Part shown: positions 30,901 through 41,420 of the stretch, one piece after another
How the letters are laid out: each line of letters begins with the position of its first letter
How positions within the stretch are numbered: position 1 is the first letter of the stretch
From: a virus
UHGV virus genome: UHGV-0112973
Strand: one strand, 5' to 3'
DNA: 64,000 nucleotides
The notes under the pieces: model-generated
The model's input: only the letters and a program-made list of their open reading frames with translations
Database searches by the model: none
Told to the model about the DNA's origin: nothing
Position numbers and translations under genes: made by a program

Positions 30901-31755
30901 CAGGGGGATTTTCTCAGCCATCTCTGCCGGATGTTTGCGCATCAGCACCACATCAACAACTGTACTGGTCCCGTTTGCGTCAAAAGTACCGGTAGGCAAG
31001 CGGTGGGCACCAAGAAATTCAGCTTTCCGTGATAGGCGCAGGCGTAACCGCTTCATGTTTGAACCTGAAACAATGGACGGCGGCACAATCACGCACATGA
31101 ATCCGCCTGGCTTTATCTTGTCCAGCATGCGGAGCATGAAGTAAGAACCCATGTCCGTTTCTTCTGCGTAAGGCTTATCGATGTTGCGTGTGTTATCACG
31201 ACCACCGAACGGAACGTTACCCACAACATGGTCGAATGAATCGTTAGGCGTGCTTACAGCCAGTTGTTCGAACGGAGAAATCTGTACGCTGTCTTCCGGG
31301 TGCAACAGCTGGTTTATACGACCGGAAACACTGCTGATCTCAGTCGCGGTCATCACCGTACCAACCGGTTTTGTCTCATTAAAAACGCCGGTTCCCGCCG
31401 ATGGTTCCAGAGTGTTACCTACGTCCGCGCCGTAGAGCTTCATGATCTCCCAGACACCTTCAGCGATCGGCTTTGGTGTGTAATATTCGGAGACGGACCC
31501 GCCAATGCCGCCTTCACCGGTGTACCCAGCCAGGATCTGGCGCTGTTCATCTGTCAGTGTCGCGCCGTCCACCAGCGAATTAAGCAAATCTATCGCCTTC
31601 TGATTCGCCTCACGGCGCAGTCGGTCATAGCTTTTGCCTTCCACCTTTTCCACGCCGTATTTAATCGGCGCTCGGTGAGATGTTATTGCCCTAATGTATT
31701 TCAATATTTCGCTGACACTTGAACAGCGAAACACCCCCATAGATAGCTTGTTCAT
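24988..31755 (-). CDS. darB: DarB-like antirestriction protein (methyltransferase/helicase)
   Basis: 2255 aa, the length recalled for P1 DarB; helicase motifs IADEGHNY and LLTATPVVN; N-terminal NVPFGG region. Confidence 0.85.
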   Translation of the reverse strand: MNKLSMGVFRCSSVSEILKYIRAITSHRAPIKYGVEKVEGKSYDRLRREANQKAIDLLNSLVDGATLTDEQRQILAGYTGEGGIGGSVSEYYTPKPIAEGVWEIMKLYGADVGNTLEPSAGTGVFNETKPVGTVMTATEISSVSGRINQLLHPEDSVQISPFEQLAVSTPNDSFDHVVGNVPFGGRDNTRNIDKPYAEETDMGSYFMLRMLDKIKPGGFMCVIVPPSIVSGSNMKRLRLRLSRKAEFLGAHRLPTGTFDANGTSTVVDVVLMRKHPAEMAEKIPLVDESTLESANVLWPTFISGKWFEKDGRRFVHGTQEKGFQGRIEVRADGQIDNQALKAKLIHRFESRIDWSLLDMAEPSPTADVVGEGEMRLINGVWQKYAGGRWIEADAGKELKIDAASYGADSWEALQRNLTTTEGRLGMTFTQMANVRDKYTTSISDDMVQLVDWINSQPEKYRERLYRGAMIGRMLIEYQDMKAAGHSAEQIEQQRLSLVSRLQAEIDRFGNPGRGPIAKLSGSGARAWFAFRGAIKLDGTISDELTGKLVTHDSSASYDSTSYQDTLRYLYSDLTRDPIQLDDFRLAFTGELPASDEELLNLLASTPGIAVSPYGGIVPFARATSGDINEIVAPKQEFLATLPDGPVKNNVLNQLAAIEEKRIKTPAENIRFKLNSRWFDRSVILEFLQENGYPDLRYVQSVQLEGDEMVSDTYHGGDGLFVGHRYGVVQRKDKETGEIRYEWDRKSGENATGFPAQLEKYLNGARIGGKDSATANGYREQMALLEDQFNKWIKTHDRYDELVAKYNDVFNSNIPYEHSGDPLGLKGLSGKRQPFDYQNSEVRRLSEDGRGILGFGTGLGKTTTALALEAFNYENGRSTRTAYVVPKSVLENWYYEAKEFLSEEAFSNYLFVGLDVLMDGDQIRQVQVLDENGKPVLGTDGTPVMRDALKLADEATITARMNAIPHSNYRAVVFTKEQYARIPLRDDTVDEHAQDMLYDFVAAGRVASAMDSDSHRKEAARRRVLSEYSDTGTEKAEKYPYFEDMGFDSVIADEGHNYRNSYKNGREASQLAYLPTSAVAQSARDMAIKNAYLIKKNGGRGPVLLTATPVVNTPIDAYNMLSHVLPKEYWQNMGIYGPDDFVKFFGKTRLETVQKISGEVEEKMALVGFENLDALRGIFHRWVTLKTAEDVKDTVEIPELDEHQQDAPLTEEQLAAYEELRQQAEAAAKANNGVTTSVNEDGVIEHEKARPIFSIIRDMDRVCTDMDLYYRRITYRFLPEYADAVQQLADSLPKQATSEDDDSDDSITQQSQYSLIDKGEFIQLQVPEAFEQEVNKRLARFGIDEQTVTHPVTPKYAKLIATLKEFFPEGKQIIFTDEKTQHQKLKRIICNALNLEPSKVGILNAQTVAEAGKTGKKLKAVKPPKELPDEPTDAQIAKYNEQMALYDAYIAQQNEMSLGGLEKIAADFQEGRTPIIICNKKAEVGINLHRGTTDIHHLTLPWTPASIAQRNGRGARVGSNRASVRVHYYCGKGSFDEYRLKTLKRKAGWISDILRSDKSEMENADANDMIEMQMYTAKDDGERLAMMQVQMDKAKAAKRARQKEQATIDLQNYIKAQHAAGEDVEVLTAELERSKAELEKTTAEVAKFKQAVMAKAADNADWKARWGSVHHTDRMLLAQYRASLKSAIQRKANISQAISRYEKLLNRTQKAATDIKRLRPLVEDALNKGILDVDPDLVNHASEFLVIGDRSWRVGQYYDCAGDIVRIKSLDFDSQRADVEIIFTFKGTKSGNWDVKTLDKQVDVTPDEDAVMQKISGGVSIAGINDIVSCDDFYRFQQRGMIKITDSYGVQTTESGYSIDFVGTYTDPLKHAVYPDRRDGALKSSIAKWVLGMMSEGNNRQIRSAEAFLVELFGSNYGDVIASYGDTLSPEAIQEKIADAIARMPEKTSQGATRNGDSELEVTNAIFGTNEFRASDYEITTAQFGTIGIYSNKAEIKQAMDAASARIAAEREANLNHAVAALTQSWVTAIREAATTGKITPAIADVVNDGSKFMDAYQMDAVKLPSAYGQLSYRMTYNLVSMFSDLAILGLVDLNEVTPELLSMRKNHVEILQRINTVLAGRTDEEKQADADRINLALGNITEEEIAARNEKQEELSSIQGDATSIAQSLGLNYRVSTADLKMMYAPKFAAGEVFGLQEASGMKGVLFRAKDAIKAKFGARWLPAKAKNSDFPGNWWIIETKHNVADVLAVIQQYA

Positions 31756-31766
31756 TGGTAATCCTT

Positions 31767-31787
31767 AACAAGTGACTAGTGTTAAAT
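31767..31787 (+). promoter_or_regulatory. candidate late (Lpa-dependent) promoter: AACAAGTGACTA + TTAAAT
   Basis: Motif AACAAGTGACTA recurs upstream of lyz and the tail operon with a -10-like hexamer 4 bp downstream. Confidence 0.3.
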
Positions 31788-31822
31788 TTCCGTTCAAACA
31801 CGATGCGAATTATTCTAATTAA

Positions 31823-34553
<2,731 letters not shown>

Positions 34554-34565
34554 CCACCAAAAATA

Positions 34566-34587
34566 ACCCCGGCAGCTGCCGGGGTTC
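34566..34587. terminator. bidirectional hairpin terminator (AACCCCGGCAGCTGCCGGGGTT)
   Basis: Perfect 9-bp stem between convergent pro (+) and the lyz operon (-). Confidence 0.5.
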
Positions 34588-34600
34588 TCGTTAACTATTA

Positions 34601-34852
34601 TCACCTTCGCCTGCGTGCCATATATTTGCGCACCGCGCGGCCTGGACAATCTGAAGCTGTTTCTTTCTGCTGCATCAATCTTGCAGCCATGCTCAAAAAT
34701 GTCAGGCACAGCCGAAGCCCGGCATACAATAGCGGTTCCAGTGGCCACGTCTCATTGAGCACATATACCGCCATGAAAATCGAGTCGAAAACTATCGCCG
34801 CCAGCGATAACTTCATTGTCGAAAGTCGGCGGAGCAGCCTGAGTTTATTCAT
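34601..34852 (-). CDS. small membrane protein downstream of lyz (lysis accessory candidate)
   Basis: 83 aa with two hydrophobic helices; start overlaps lyz stop. Confidence 0.3.
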   Translation of the reverse strand: MNKLRLLRRLSTMKLSLAAIVFDSIFMAVYVLNETWPLEPLLYAGLRLCLTFLSMAARLMQQKETASDCPGRAVRKYMARRRR

Positions 34853-35402
34853 TGACCAGCCCCGTCAGGCAAAGCTGGCGTTCTTTTTCACGGCGAATCT
34901 TTAAACCTCGCAAGGGCACGCCGTTACTGTTCACGAAATCAGGGAGATGGTTACACATATTCACCCATTCCCCTTTCTGCGCCCACTTGTGGATGGACGT
35001 TTCGACTCGCATGCCTCGCGCTTTGCTGTAGTAGGTCCGTAAACTATTGCATCCCATATTGAATGCCGCGCTTGTCATTGCACTGAAGGCATTATCGGGC
35101 ATGTCTTTGCCCCGGAAGTGCTGATTAATACAGCGTTCAGCGATCAGGATATTCTTTTCCCAATCAGCGGCGATTTGCTGGTCTGTTTTTCGCACACCCG
35201 GCGTTACCCCGTGTGTATTACCGATCCCGTCAGTCCATACCCCTGCCGGGCACATGTATGGATCACGTCGGCAACCTTCAGCGTTACCAATCAGCTCAAG
35301 CCCCGCCTGGTTGGTTCGCACATTGCCATTACCCATCACGATGGTAATCATCACCGCGATAGCGCAAATTGCACCGCCTCCTGCGGCTGTTTTTCCCTTC
35401 AT
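34845..35402 (-). CDS. lyz: SAR-type endolysin (lysozyme)
   Basis: 185 aa from MKGKTAAGGGAICAIAVMITIVMG (N-terminal signal-anchor-release helix) with T4-lysozyme-like body. Confidence 0.75.
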   Translation of the reverse strand: MKGKTAAGGGAICAIAVMITIVMGNGNVRTNQAGLELIGNAEGCRRDPYMCPAGVWTDGIGNTHGVTPGVRKTDQQIAADWEKNILIAERCINQHFRGKDMPDNAFSAMTSAAFNMGCNSLRTYYSKARGMRVETSIHKWAQKGEWVNMCNHLPDFVNSNGVPLRGLKIRREKERQLCLTGLVNE

Positions 35403-35492
35403 AAAGACCTCATAAGCGAATTTTTTACGCTCCAGGACAAACACCCATTCACAGCCAATACCGACTGACTCGATCCCTTTAGAAGGCACAGG

Positions 35493-35513
35493 ATAATGCA
35501 AATCACTTGTTAG
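35493..35513 (-). promoter_or_regulatory. candidate late promoter upstream of lyz (AACAAGTGATT + CATTAT)
   Basis: Same motif as at 31767 and 59341 in minus-strand sense, about 90 nt upstream of the lyz start. Confidence 0.3.
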
Positions 35514-35535
35514 CTACGTTTCAAAGATATACATT

Positions 35536-35552
35536 ATTGCTCTAATTAATTT
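35536..35552 (+). promoter_or_regulatory. C1 operator (ATTGCTCTAATTAATTT, 16/17)
   Basis: Near-consensus operator 20 bp upstream of ssb. Confidence 0.6.
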
Positions 35553-35571
35553 ATTTTATTAGGTAAGATAA

Positions 35572-36060
35572 GTGGCACAACGCGGTGTAAACAAAGTCAT
35601 CCTGATTGGTACCCTGGGGCAAGACCCGGAGATCAGGTATATACCAAATGGCGGAGCGGTCGGAAGACTCAGCATCGCAACGAATGAATCATGGCGCGAC
35701 AAGCAAACGGGCCAACAGAAAGAGCAAACAGAATGGCATAAAGTCGTTTTGTTCGGAAAACTTGCTGAAATTGCGAGTGAGTATTTACGAAAAGGTTCTC
35801 AGGTCTACATCGAAGGGAAACTTAAAACCCGTAAGTGGACAGATGACGCCGGTGTAGAACGTTACACGACGGAAATTATCGTCAGCCAGGGCGGCACCAT
35901 GCAAATGATCGGCGCTCGCCGTGACGATTCACAGTCCTCAAATGGCTGGGGGCAATCAAACCAACCTCAAAACCACCAGCAATACAGTGGTGGCGGTAAA
36001 CCTCAGAGCAACGCCAATAACGAACCTCCAATGGACTTTGACGACGATATTCCGTTTTGA
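35572..36060 (+). CDS. ssb: single-stranded DNA-binding protein
   Basis: 162 aa; OB-fold N-terminus, Gly/Gln-rich linker and C-terminal DFDDDIPF acidic tip. Confidence 0.9.
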   Translation: MAQRGVNKVILIGTLGQDPEIRYIPNGGAVGRLSIATNESWRDKQTGQQKEQTEWHKVVLFGKLAEIASEYLRKGSQVYIEGKLKTRKWTDDAGVERYTTEIIVSQGGTMQMIGARRDDSQSSNGWGQSNQPQNHQQYSGGGKPQSNANNEPPMDFDDDIPF

Positions 36061-36257
36061 ATGTGTAAAAAACGACTGAAAGAAAAGCGGTGGTCCAGAC
36101 GCCGACAAAAGCACGAACTCGCAAACAAACGCCAAAGTTGGCAATGGCACGCGCTTTTCACGAAAAGAACACCCCGAGATATTGCGTTCGCTGGTGGGAA
36201 AACATTCCTGACCCACCTGAAGGCGCAATACATCAGGTTTTAAGCAGAGGAAAGACT

Positions 36258-36935
36258 ATGAATAACATGACAACGAAAGAGCTTTTTACGGCACTTCCAA
36301 AATACAAAAGCCATAAAACAGTTCGCGCCTCAAAAATCAAAGATATCGAAATTATCGCCCTAATGGATGTGGTCCTTTTTTGCAACATCGAAGTCGTTGA
36401 GCCAGAAGGGGTAAAAGTCCATGTTGATAAAATATTTTTGCAAAAACACCGACCAGAAATTGGCGGATATCTGGTCGCTTATGAGGACGGATCTCTGTCC
36501 TATTCACCAGAAAAAACATTTGAAGAAGGCTTTAGTCGGACTAACGACTTCTTCGAAAATGGGGTATCGCTCAGCATTGAAGGTCACAATGGGGTGACAT
36601 TCATTACAGCCAGGGACGTAACTATTTCTGCTGGCGGTATCGCTACTCTACAAGAAGAAATCGACCTTGAAGCAGCCGACTTTTCTGACGCGCTGATGTG
36701 GCTGAAGGATGGCAAGAAAGTTGCCCGACGCGGGTGGAACGGCGAAAACCAATTCTGCTGGCTGGTTCCTGAAGGACAGTACCCGGCACGAATGGAAGCC
36801 ATTAAGGGATATTTCCCCGGCGACCTCGTTCCGTATGGTGCTTATTTCGCCTTAAAAAATGCACAAGGTGTAGTTGTTCCGTGGGTTCCTTCTGTAGGCG
36901 ACTTACTGGCATGTGACTGGTTTGTAGTGGAGTGA
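36258..36935 (+). CDS. DUF2829 (Tad2-like) domain protein with N-terminal extension
   Basis: C-terminal ALMWLKDGKKVARRGWNG...VVPWVPSVGDLLACDWFVV matches the DUF2829 hallmark; ATG after AGAGGAAAG RBS. Confidence 0.5.
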   Translation: MNNMTTKELFTALPKYKSHKTVRASKIKDIEIIALMDVVLFCNIEVVEPEGVKVHVDKIFLQKHRPEIGGYLVAYEDGSLSYSPEKTFEEGFSRTNDFFENGVSLSIEGHNGVTFITARDVTISAGGIATLQEEIDLEAADFSDALMWLKDGKKVARRGWNGENQFCWLVPEGQYPARMEAIKGYFPGDLVPYGAYFALKNAQGVVVPWVPSVGDLLACDWFVVE

Positions 36936-36941
36936 TTTAAC

Positions 36942-37724
36942 GTGGAAAATACTAAAGCAATTCAATACCGCCTGCGTAATGGTCAGAGTGTCGAAGTGAC
37001 CATCAATAATGATGGAGTACCTGGCGAAAAAGTTTCTATCTCTGATCTGGCTATCGAAAAAACCATCATGTGCCACCTTGGCTTTACTGAAGAAGTGAGC
37101 AAAAAGCATGGTGTAGCAATCTGGAGCGCAATGGATACTGGTATGCGCAAATTCATTACTGCTCGTACCCCAGGGATGACCATGATGGACCTCATGCAGA
37201 TTGCGCCGCTGTTTGAATGTGAGCCTTTAGATGTATTCAGCAATCCAGCTATCTGCCAGCAGTTATATGGTGAGATGAAACTCGCGGTTACCCCCATTGT
37301 GCTGCATGAAGGATCGCTTGCTGGCGTGTGGAAAGTAGAGCGTATTTCAAGCTACATGCCTTTCCATGTCAACGGCGTAATCACTGGTGAAAATCAACCT
37401 GTTTCCGTTATAAAGTCAGACCTCAAGCGCGCAATTCTTGAAGCAAGTTGTCGAGTTGTCGGGCTGGGCAAACAGTCTTATGTTTCCTTCCCGGCTGGCC
37501 CTGAAGGCCCGGCAGAAATTCTGATTATGGATGCCGATCTGCTCTGGCAAATACAGTTTCTGATTGGCAAAAGCATCATCCGCGCTGAAGAACTCGATCA
37601 GTACATTACCTGCACGATGACGGATGAAGTCAAAAGTGTGGCTATAGCCAATGCCCGGAACCTATGTCGTGCTGCATTAACAGAACTGCAAGAAAACACC
37701 ACGGAAGAAGTGGAAAGCGATTAA
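36942..37724 (+). CDS. hypothetical protein
   Basis: 260 aa; GTG start; followed by a bidirectional terminator. Confidence 0.35.
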   Translation: MENTKAIQYRLRNGQSVEVTINNDGVPGEKVSISDLAIEKTIMCHLGFTEEVSKKHGVAIWSAMDTGMRKFITARTPGMTMMDLMQIAPLFECEPLDVFSNPAICQQLYGEMKLAVTPIVLHEGSLAGVWKVERISSYMPFHVNGVITGENQPVSVIKSDLKRAILEASCRVVGLGKQSYVSFPAGPEGPAEILIMDADLLWQIQFLIGKSIIRAEELDQYITCTMTDEVKSVAIANARNLCRAALTELQENTTEEVESD

Positions 37725-37726
37725 AA

Positions 37727-37750
37727 AAAATCCCGCCGACTGGCGGGATT
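37727..37750. terminator. bidirectional hairpin terminator (AAATCCCGCCGACTGGCGGGATTT)
   Basis: Perfect 10-bp stem flanked by an A-run and a T-rich run between convergent genes. Confidence 0.6.
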
Positions 37751-37753
37751 TCT

Positions 37754-38065
37754 TCAATATACGATCTGGTCTACATGATCACCAAAATCATCGTCGTCGT
37801 CGTCCTCATCGCCACCATCTACTGCTGGCCAATCAACAAACCAGCCAGCGTAAAGATGCAGCGTTCGGAGAACATCACTTGCGGGAGCATCAAGGGTGTT
37901 AACGAATCCCATATAGCTATTGGGATTTGCCCCAGCTATGGCTTCAGCGATCATGTCCTCGGTAATGTCACCGGAGATAATGCTTAAACGCCCGGAAACT
38001 TCTTCATTATCATCAAATTCGATAATGGCATCTCCACCTAATGGCGCTGCGATTTTAATCTGCAT
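37754..38065 (-). CDS. small highly acidic protein, last gene of the darA operon
   Basis: 103 aa; C-terminal DGGDEDDDDDDFGD; start overlaps ddrB stop by about 11 nt. Confidence 0.4.
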   Translation of the reverse strand: MQIKIAAPLGGDAIIEFDDNEEVSGRLSIISGDITEDMIAEAIAGANPNSYMGFVNTLDAPASDVLRTLHLYAGWFVDWPAVDGGDEDDDDDDFGDHVDQIVY

Positions 38066-41042
38066 TATTTAGCTCCTTTGCCACACCTAATAACAGTTCC
38101 AGCAATCCGTCACCATTCATCAGTGATGCGGCAGCGGCCTCTTTGTCATGATACAACTGAAGAGCCATAGAGAATACTTCCGTTGCTGACGTTTTGGAAA
38201 TAGTCGGTGATTTCTGCCGAATTTTCCCGGTGTTACTTACTGAGGCTGGCGGGTATACCTTCGCCATATAAATATTACTCAATCGAGATCTGAAGCACCA
38301 TTCAGGCTTGCCACGCCCACCGATATTGACGAAAGATGGCTTATCCCCTTCAACATTGGCCTTCAGGAATGACCGGGCTTTCTCTAACAAACCAGGGTTA
38401 CTGTACTCAAGATGATGACCCAGCTCGTGCCACAGTGCACTTGCATTTTCATCGTTCAAATTGACAGCAACAACACCATTTAGATTTGCATATGCCCTTC
38501 CCTGGTGGTGAACTACCTTTGATAAGGTCGATATTTTCCCGCCGGTCAGGCGATAAATATCAGCAAGTTCCTTGCGCAGGTCTATCCCACCATTCTGTCC
38601 AGCGCGAGCTTCTTCCACTTCTTCCGTGATAAAAGAGTCGGCCCACTCAAGAGCTTTTTCTTCAGATACGGATGAGTTTGCGATCGCACTGTTCATGGCA
38701 GATAACACTTTCTCGTGGACCGAACCCATACTTCGCTGATTCATTTGCCAGCGTGTCTGCGGGTTATATGAGAATCGCTTAAGTAGTTGGTCAAGCTGCT
38801 CAAGTTCTTCTTCACTGACATACTTTTTAGCCTCACCAATAATGCCAGGGAGAATATTGCCGTTAGGATTAAACGCTCGCGAAAGGAAGAGTTTCAGCGC
38901 CCCCATGCCCTCCGATGCTTCAATATCACCAATAACACGGTTAACAATGGCCGCACTCTTCGGATTAGCATCCGCCAACGCTCTGGCTACGATTTGCAGG
39001 GACGATACGACCTCACGCTGCATATCCGTCCTGATCTCATCAATAAACTCTGGCGTTATGCCGTGCTCTTTAAGGATATCCCTGCCTTCCGCCGTTACCC
39101 CATCGATATCACCGACATGTTTATTAACCTGACTTTGCAATGCCTTAAATGCCTTCAGAATTCCACGGGCATCATCAGCTTTACTAACGGCCTTCCTGAA
39201 TGCTGGCAAGAAGTCAGAGTTAACCTCATTTTGTTGATCGGCCCACTGAATGGAGGCTTCTTTCATCTCGTCCAGAGTCAGATCACCCAACGCGGTATGG
39301 TCTGTGAATATGAGCGACAACCTCTGAACCATTTCTGCCAATGGTGATGCCGAATGCGCCGCGCTAAGGAATGCTTTCACCCTGGTTGGGCGAATGGAAA
39401 ACCAGTCAATAGCTGGTGGCATATCTCCGTTTTTTATCGCCTGCGCTATCTCGTCAAAGCCATCGCGCCCAAGGGAGGATGCGTGATTTAACAAGCCGCG
39501 AAGTAACGAATTGCTGATACCGAATAATCGGCACCATTTTTTCACGTCGGCAACAGGCATTCGAACAAAATGCGCAAGCACTTGTACAAGCTGTTCATCC
39601 TGGGGATCTGTGCGGGAAAGCAGCCTGATCAGATGAATAATGTCTTTGATGCCGGATGCCCGATGTAATAGCAAACTGGTATACGGAGCAACACCGTTGT
39701 AACTACCGCCGGAAACGGACTCGAAAAGACCGCCGGATATCCCTTGCATGCCTTCGTTTTCCAGTTCCTGAGACACCTGGCGAAGGATATCCTGTAACGA
39801 CACATCACCACCGCCAAACATATCCCCCAGCGCCTGGCCCTGGTGCTGTAACTCATCATTGATACGTTGAGCCATCAATTTAAAGGCGGTGGCCATACGC
39901 TTCGCGCTACGGTTATTCGCGACGATGAACAACGCGAGCGCTTTCACTTCCGGGGCTGTTTCGCTGAACATATCCCCCTGAGCAATAACATCGATAATAT
40001 GTTGGCCTGACTCCTTCGATTGCCTTACCAGGTCTACCGCATCTTTCAATGCCGCCAGCGCCTTTTTATCGAGACTATCCGCTGTCTCAATACCATCAAC
40101 AATAGTTGTCACAGCCTGCTTGTGCGCTTCTCCTGATAAAGCCTGCATCTGGACAAAATCATTGGCTGCCGCATTAAGCGCCGTCAGAACATTACGCATA
40201 TCCGGATCAGGTTCTTCTGCAACCATCCTTACCAGGCGCGCATCCTTATATGCCTTGGCAAAGATCGCGTTTTGTATACGGTCTACAAGTTGCCGTGTTG
40301 GTCGCCCATCTTCCGTTACAAGGCCAGCAGCCTGTGTGGCACCAACTTGCGTCATGAATCCGCGAATAAACGCGTCATTACTGCGGCTAAGCAGATCTCC
40401 GCTTTCTGATGGGTTAAACAGCGCCATCATCGCCGGAGTTATGCTGTCAGCATCAACAAAAGCCTTTTCACTGGCTGCCATTTCCTGAAGATCAGAAATA
40501 TTTGAGTCCTTGGCAAACTGAACGCGGTCAACCTTAGTTAACCGGCGGCGCACCAGTACCGGAGCCGCCATTGATTCAACCTTTTCAGGTCGTATGCCGA
40601 ATTCGGTCGCATGATCAATCAGGTACTCACGATACCGATCCGCATTGCCGTCCTGATAGGCTTTGATGATCCCCATGGTCCGTCCATTACCTGACTCAAC
40701 GGCATTGTCCTCACCAATTATCGGCGCGCCATGGCTGGATAAACCGGAATCGGTAAGCTGGGCAGGACGCAAATCCTTGGATATCTGGTTGACCTGAAGA
40801 AGACTGGATGCGCGGGTCCGGTCGCGCGGCTGAAGTTCCTGGGGATAGTCAGGGTTAATTTTCCCGTCCAGAGTATTGGATACCAAAAGAGCTGAGGCAT
40901 CGACGATATCAAACGCTGTTTTTACCTCGTCTCCCTTCGCTGTCACCACATACGAAACCCGCCCGTAATTGGGCAGGTTTTTTAGCAGCTCGATCAGCGT
41001 TTCTATGCTGGTGGCCATTACCACCTGATCGCTTAAGCTCAT
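38055..41042 (-). CDS. ddrB: DdrB-like protein with HExxH motif
   Basis: 995 aa; follows ddrA/darA; C-terminal region contains WHELGHHLEY. Confidence 0.6.
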   Translation of the reverse strand: MSLSDQVVMATSIETLIELLKNLPNYGRVSYVVTAKGDEVKTAFDIVDASALLVSNTLDGKINPDYPQELQPRDRTRASSLLQVNQISKDLRPAQLTDSGLSSHGAPIIGEDNAVESGNGRTMGIIKAYQDGNADRYREYLIDHATEFGIRPEKVESMAAPVLVRRRLTKVDRVQFAKDSNISDLQEMAASEKAFVDADSITPAMMALFNPSESGDLLSRSNDAFIRGFMTQVGATQAAGLVTEDGRPTRQLVDRIQNAIFAKAYKDARLVRMVAEEPDPDMRNVLTALNAAANDFVQMQALSGEAHKQAVTTIVDGIETADSLDKKALAALKDAVDLVRQSKESGQHIIDVIAQGDMFSETAPEVKALALFIVANNRSAKRMATAFKLMAQRINDELQHQGQALGDMFGGGDVSLQDILRQVSQELENEGMQGISGGLFESVSGGSYNGVAPYTSLLLHRASGIKDIIHLIRLLSRTDPQDEQLVQVLAHFVRMPVADVKKWCRLFGISNSLLRGLLNHASSLGRDGFDEIAQAIKNGDMPPAIDWFSIRPTRVKAFLSAAHSASPLAEMVQRLSLIFTDHTALGDLTLDEMKEASIQWADQQNEVNSDFLPAFRKAVSKADDARGILKAFKALQSQVNKHVGDIDGVTAEGRDILKEHGITPEFIDEIRTDMQREVVSSLQIVARALADANPKSAAIVNRVIGDIEASEGMGALKLFLSRAFNPNGNILPGIIGEAKKYVSEEELEQLDQLLKRFSYNPQTRWQMNQRSMGSVHEKVLSAMNSAIANSSVSEEKALEWADSFITEEVEEARAGQNGGIDLRKELADIYRLTGGKISTLSKVVHHQGRAYANLNGVVAVNLNDENASALWHELGHHLEYSNPGLLEKARSFLKANVEGDKPSFVNIGGRGKPEWCFRSRLSNIYMAKVYPPASVSNTGKIRQKSPTISKTSATEVFSMALQLYHDKEAAAASLMNGDGLLELLLGVAKELNNAD

Positions 41043-41054
41043 CCCTGTTACGCC

Positions 41055-41420
41055 TTACTCTGCCTCTTTAATGTTGGCGGCTATCCATGCCGCCGTGTGC
41101 TGTTTAACCTGGTCCAGATCGATGTATGTGCCAACATATTGACTCAAGTCCTGCAACGTACCGATAAATGCATCGGTGCTCTGATCGACGAATTTATCAG
41201 CCAGGAAATCAGCAACCAGTTTTGGCACACCATCATGTACCGAAGGTTGTTTTTCCTCGCCACTACTGCCGCCGGACACACCGTACCCCATCTGTTGCAT
41301 GATCTGGTCAATTTCATCGCTGATATCCAGCAACTCCATGCCACTCGCGGTAGCCGCTTTGGACATCAGAGCATCCAACTTATCGCTGAGATCCATTAAC
41401 TCAATAGCTGATAGTGTCAT
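41055..41420 (-). CDS. ddrA: DdrA-like protein
   Basis: 121 aa; translationally coupled downstream of darA. Confidence 0.5.
   Translation of the reverse strand: MTLSAIELMDLSDKLDALMSKAATASGMELLDISDEIDQIMQQMGYGVSGGSSGEEKQPSVHDGVPKLVADFLADKFVDQSTDAFIGTLQDLSQYVGTYIDLDQVKQHTAAWIAANIKEAE

Noticed and set aside
25119-31722. Many 60-180-aa ORFs on the plus strand inside the darB region (for example 26746-27084, 28021-28554, 31264-31722)
   Set aside because: All lie antisense within the continuous 2255-aa DarB reading frame and have no RBS or family signal; treated as shadow ORFs.
36090-36257. N-terminal 56-codon extension of the DUF2829 ORF
   Set aside because: It overlaps the ssb stop region and lacks an RBS, whereas the ATG at 36258 follows AGAGGAAAG; the shorter start is preferred.
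36061-37724. Search for an IS1 copy between ssb and ddrB, where P1 carries IS1
   Set aside because: No InsA/InsB-like ORFs and no terminal inverted repeats seen; the interval is filled by two intact plus-strand genes.
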